From Octopus bimaculoides (Eukaryota): a DNA stretch of 64,000 nucleotides. The translations under genes and the position numbers were made by a program. Shown one piece after another: positions 62,114 through 64,000 of this stretch. Location of the stretch: NCBI RefSeq assembly GCF_001194135.2, contig NC_068984.1, positions 32,361,978 to 32,425,977 on the forward strand, read 5' to 3'. Numbering within the stretch: position 1 is the stretch's first letter; every line of letters starts with the position of its first letter. The notes under the pieces were generated by a model that saw only the letters and a list, made by a program, of their open reading frames with translations, was not told the DNA's origin and ran no database searches.

Positions 62114-62263
62114 GATTATTGTCTTTGGATGTGAATGTGTTGAAATAATATATTTAAAAAAAATATACTATGTGAATGATAAAAAATTTCTTCTGATAGA
62201 ATGGATTTCTGCCGTTAAAATCTGTGTGTATAAGTGTCTGTTATAATTGTACTGTATGTCTAA

Positions 62264-62331
62264 GGCGCCATTTTGACAGTTGTTTGTTCTAGAAGGCCTG
62301 TCATGCTGGCTAATCAATACACATTAGCCAG
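62264..62331 (-). promoter_or_regulatory. YY1-like CAAAATGGCGCC motif next to a 9-bp-stem palindrome
   Basis: ggcgccattttg at 62264-62275; ctggctaat/attagccag at 62306-62331; locally more CpG than the flanks. Function inferred only. Confidence 0.28.
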
Positions 62332-63769
62332 TATCCAATTCAAAAATTAAAGACGTATAATCACTAGTTTTTGGGGTTTTTTCAAACATTTTTCCATATT
62401 TATTTTTTTTAAAATCATTAACGAACAAAAAATAATTTTCTTTATAAATAATTATATTTTTTGTTTCATATGTTTTTATTATTTAAACTCATATTTGCTT
62501 TTGCTTAATAATTTTCTTTCATCACCTCTACTTAAAAATTTTGCAGGAAAGTTTTCTGTATTGCACAAAGAAAAAAATAAATAAGTGAAGAAATATAAAG
62601 AAAGACATCATACATAAACAAATAAATGCAAGTTACATAAATGGTGCATTTTAAATATTATGAGTGTGGGAGTTGAGGTGGGAGGGTTGGACATGTAATT
62701 GCTGACTTTTTCGGTTGTTGCATTGTTATTATCAGTATTATGTTTCAGTCTTACGATGTTTCATTTATTCTGTTTTATTTTGCTTTGGCTGTGTATTTTC
62801 AGAAAAAATTATTGATGTATGCGCATTTTTGGAAATTAACAAATTGAAAAAAAAAAGAAAAAAAAAGAACACTTAACAAAATACATATTAAAAAATAAAA
62901 CTCACACCCTTGTAAACTCGTTACATTCAATCTCTGCACAGTACAAGAGAAATTATGTATGTTGTAGATTGTTCAGATTTTACAATTCAGTTTTACTTAA
63001 TTGACAGTTTAATTGAATGCTCATTTTGGTGACCAAAAATTGCAACACTTTCCGCCTCTTTTTCTTCTCTCATCCAGTCTTTCTTTCTACTGTGGTAAAT
63101 TCTCCCCCACCTCTCTCTTTCATTTGAGATCTTTCTATCTTTCTTTTACTTGCTTCTATCATATATACTTTCTACACTGGGAAAACATTATGTTCTCATT
63201 TCTCTTTTTAACCACTCCTCTATCTTCTTTGTTTCTTTATTTTCTTTCTGTCGCACTTTTTCCTTCCTCCAATGCGATTTCTCCCTTATATACTTTCATG
63301 TACAATAACACATATATGAATATGTATTGTTCATCATTGCAACTTAGTTCTTCGGGTCAGTCTCATAATTGTTACAATTTAACAATAAACAAAACAAAAT
63401 GTAAAAAATTAAGGGAGGTGTCATTAAATTAATTTCAGAGAATTGATTTTTGGTTTGTTTGATTTTCTTTCCCATTCATAGGGTGTGTTAGATGGTTCTG
63501 AATATTTACATTCATGATTAAAATATTATCAGCACTGTAAAAATAGTTCTCAGAATAATTAAATCAAATGTGTGAATTTCTTACACTGAATCAGTTGACC
63601 AGAGTGCTAATGATGTGCTTGCTGCTCATCACAAATTTTCCAACAAAGATACCTTTACTTCGTTGCTTGATATGCTAGAAATAGGACCTAAATCACTTTC
63701 ATATTATATTGTTTCATCTAAAGAGAAGGGAGTGGTCAGATAGTCTTTTATAGCTTTATTTGTTTTACG

Positions 63770-64000
63770 TATTTGACTACAGTCATGCTGGAGCACTGCA
63801 CTGAAGCGTTTTAGTCAAACAAATCGACCCCAGGACTTGTTTCTTAAGTGTAGTACTTATTCTACTGGTCTCTTTTTGCTGAACCCCTAAGTTACGGGGA
63901 TGTAAATACATCAACACTAGTTGTCAAATGGTGATTGAAGAGACAAACACAAAGACACACACATGTATGTATGTGTGTATGTATGTATACGATGGGTTTC
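63770..64000 (-). mobile_element. SINE family B, partial (runs off the window)
   Basis: gtcatgctggagcactgc...tcgaccccaggacttg...ctagttgtcaa is the reverse complement of the family B 3' half. Confidence 0.8.

Noticed and set aside
63013-63432. 139-aa hydrophobic ORF
   Set aside because: Low-complexity CT-rich sequence with Phe/Leu/Ser bias; no domain or splice support.

Overview
Gene-poor, AT-rich eukaryotic scaffold with six assembly gaps and dense microsatellites. The SINE, RTE and mariner families look like those of Octopus (coleoid cephalopod); this is an inference from remembered repeat consensus motifs, not a database hit. Most non-microsatellite sequence is decayed transposons: tRNA-derived SINEs of at least four families, many 5'-truncated RTE LINE 3' ends, four fragments of an RLE-type (R4/Dong-like) non-LTR element, CR1/L2-like LINE fragments, a Penelope-like element, a Gypsy LTR+PBS+gag remnant, and mariner/Tc1 remnants and MITEs. 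No host gene can be named, and no prokaryote-style or clearly novel multi-gene system is visible. The most interesting non-routine signals are: (1) a CpG-retaining island at ~41.65-43.1 kb with a tandemly duplicated 224-bp unit carrying E-box + YY1/ATG, where only the downstream copy keeps a perfect splice donor (candidate first exon MASITR); (2) several long fold-back structures (12.2-13.0, 37.0-37.5 and 52.5-53.1 kb, plus inverted RTE tails at ~10 kb); (3) a few small minus-strand candidate exons with good splice sites. Most ORFs in the supplied track are microsatellite, gap or TE artefacts.
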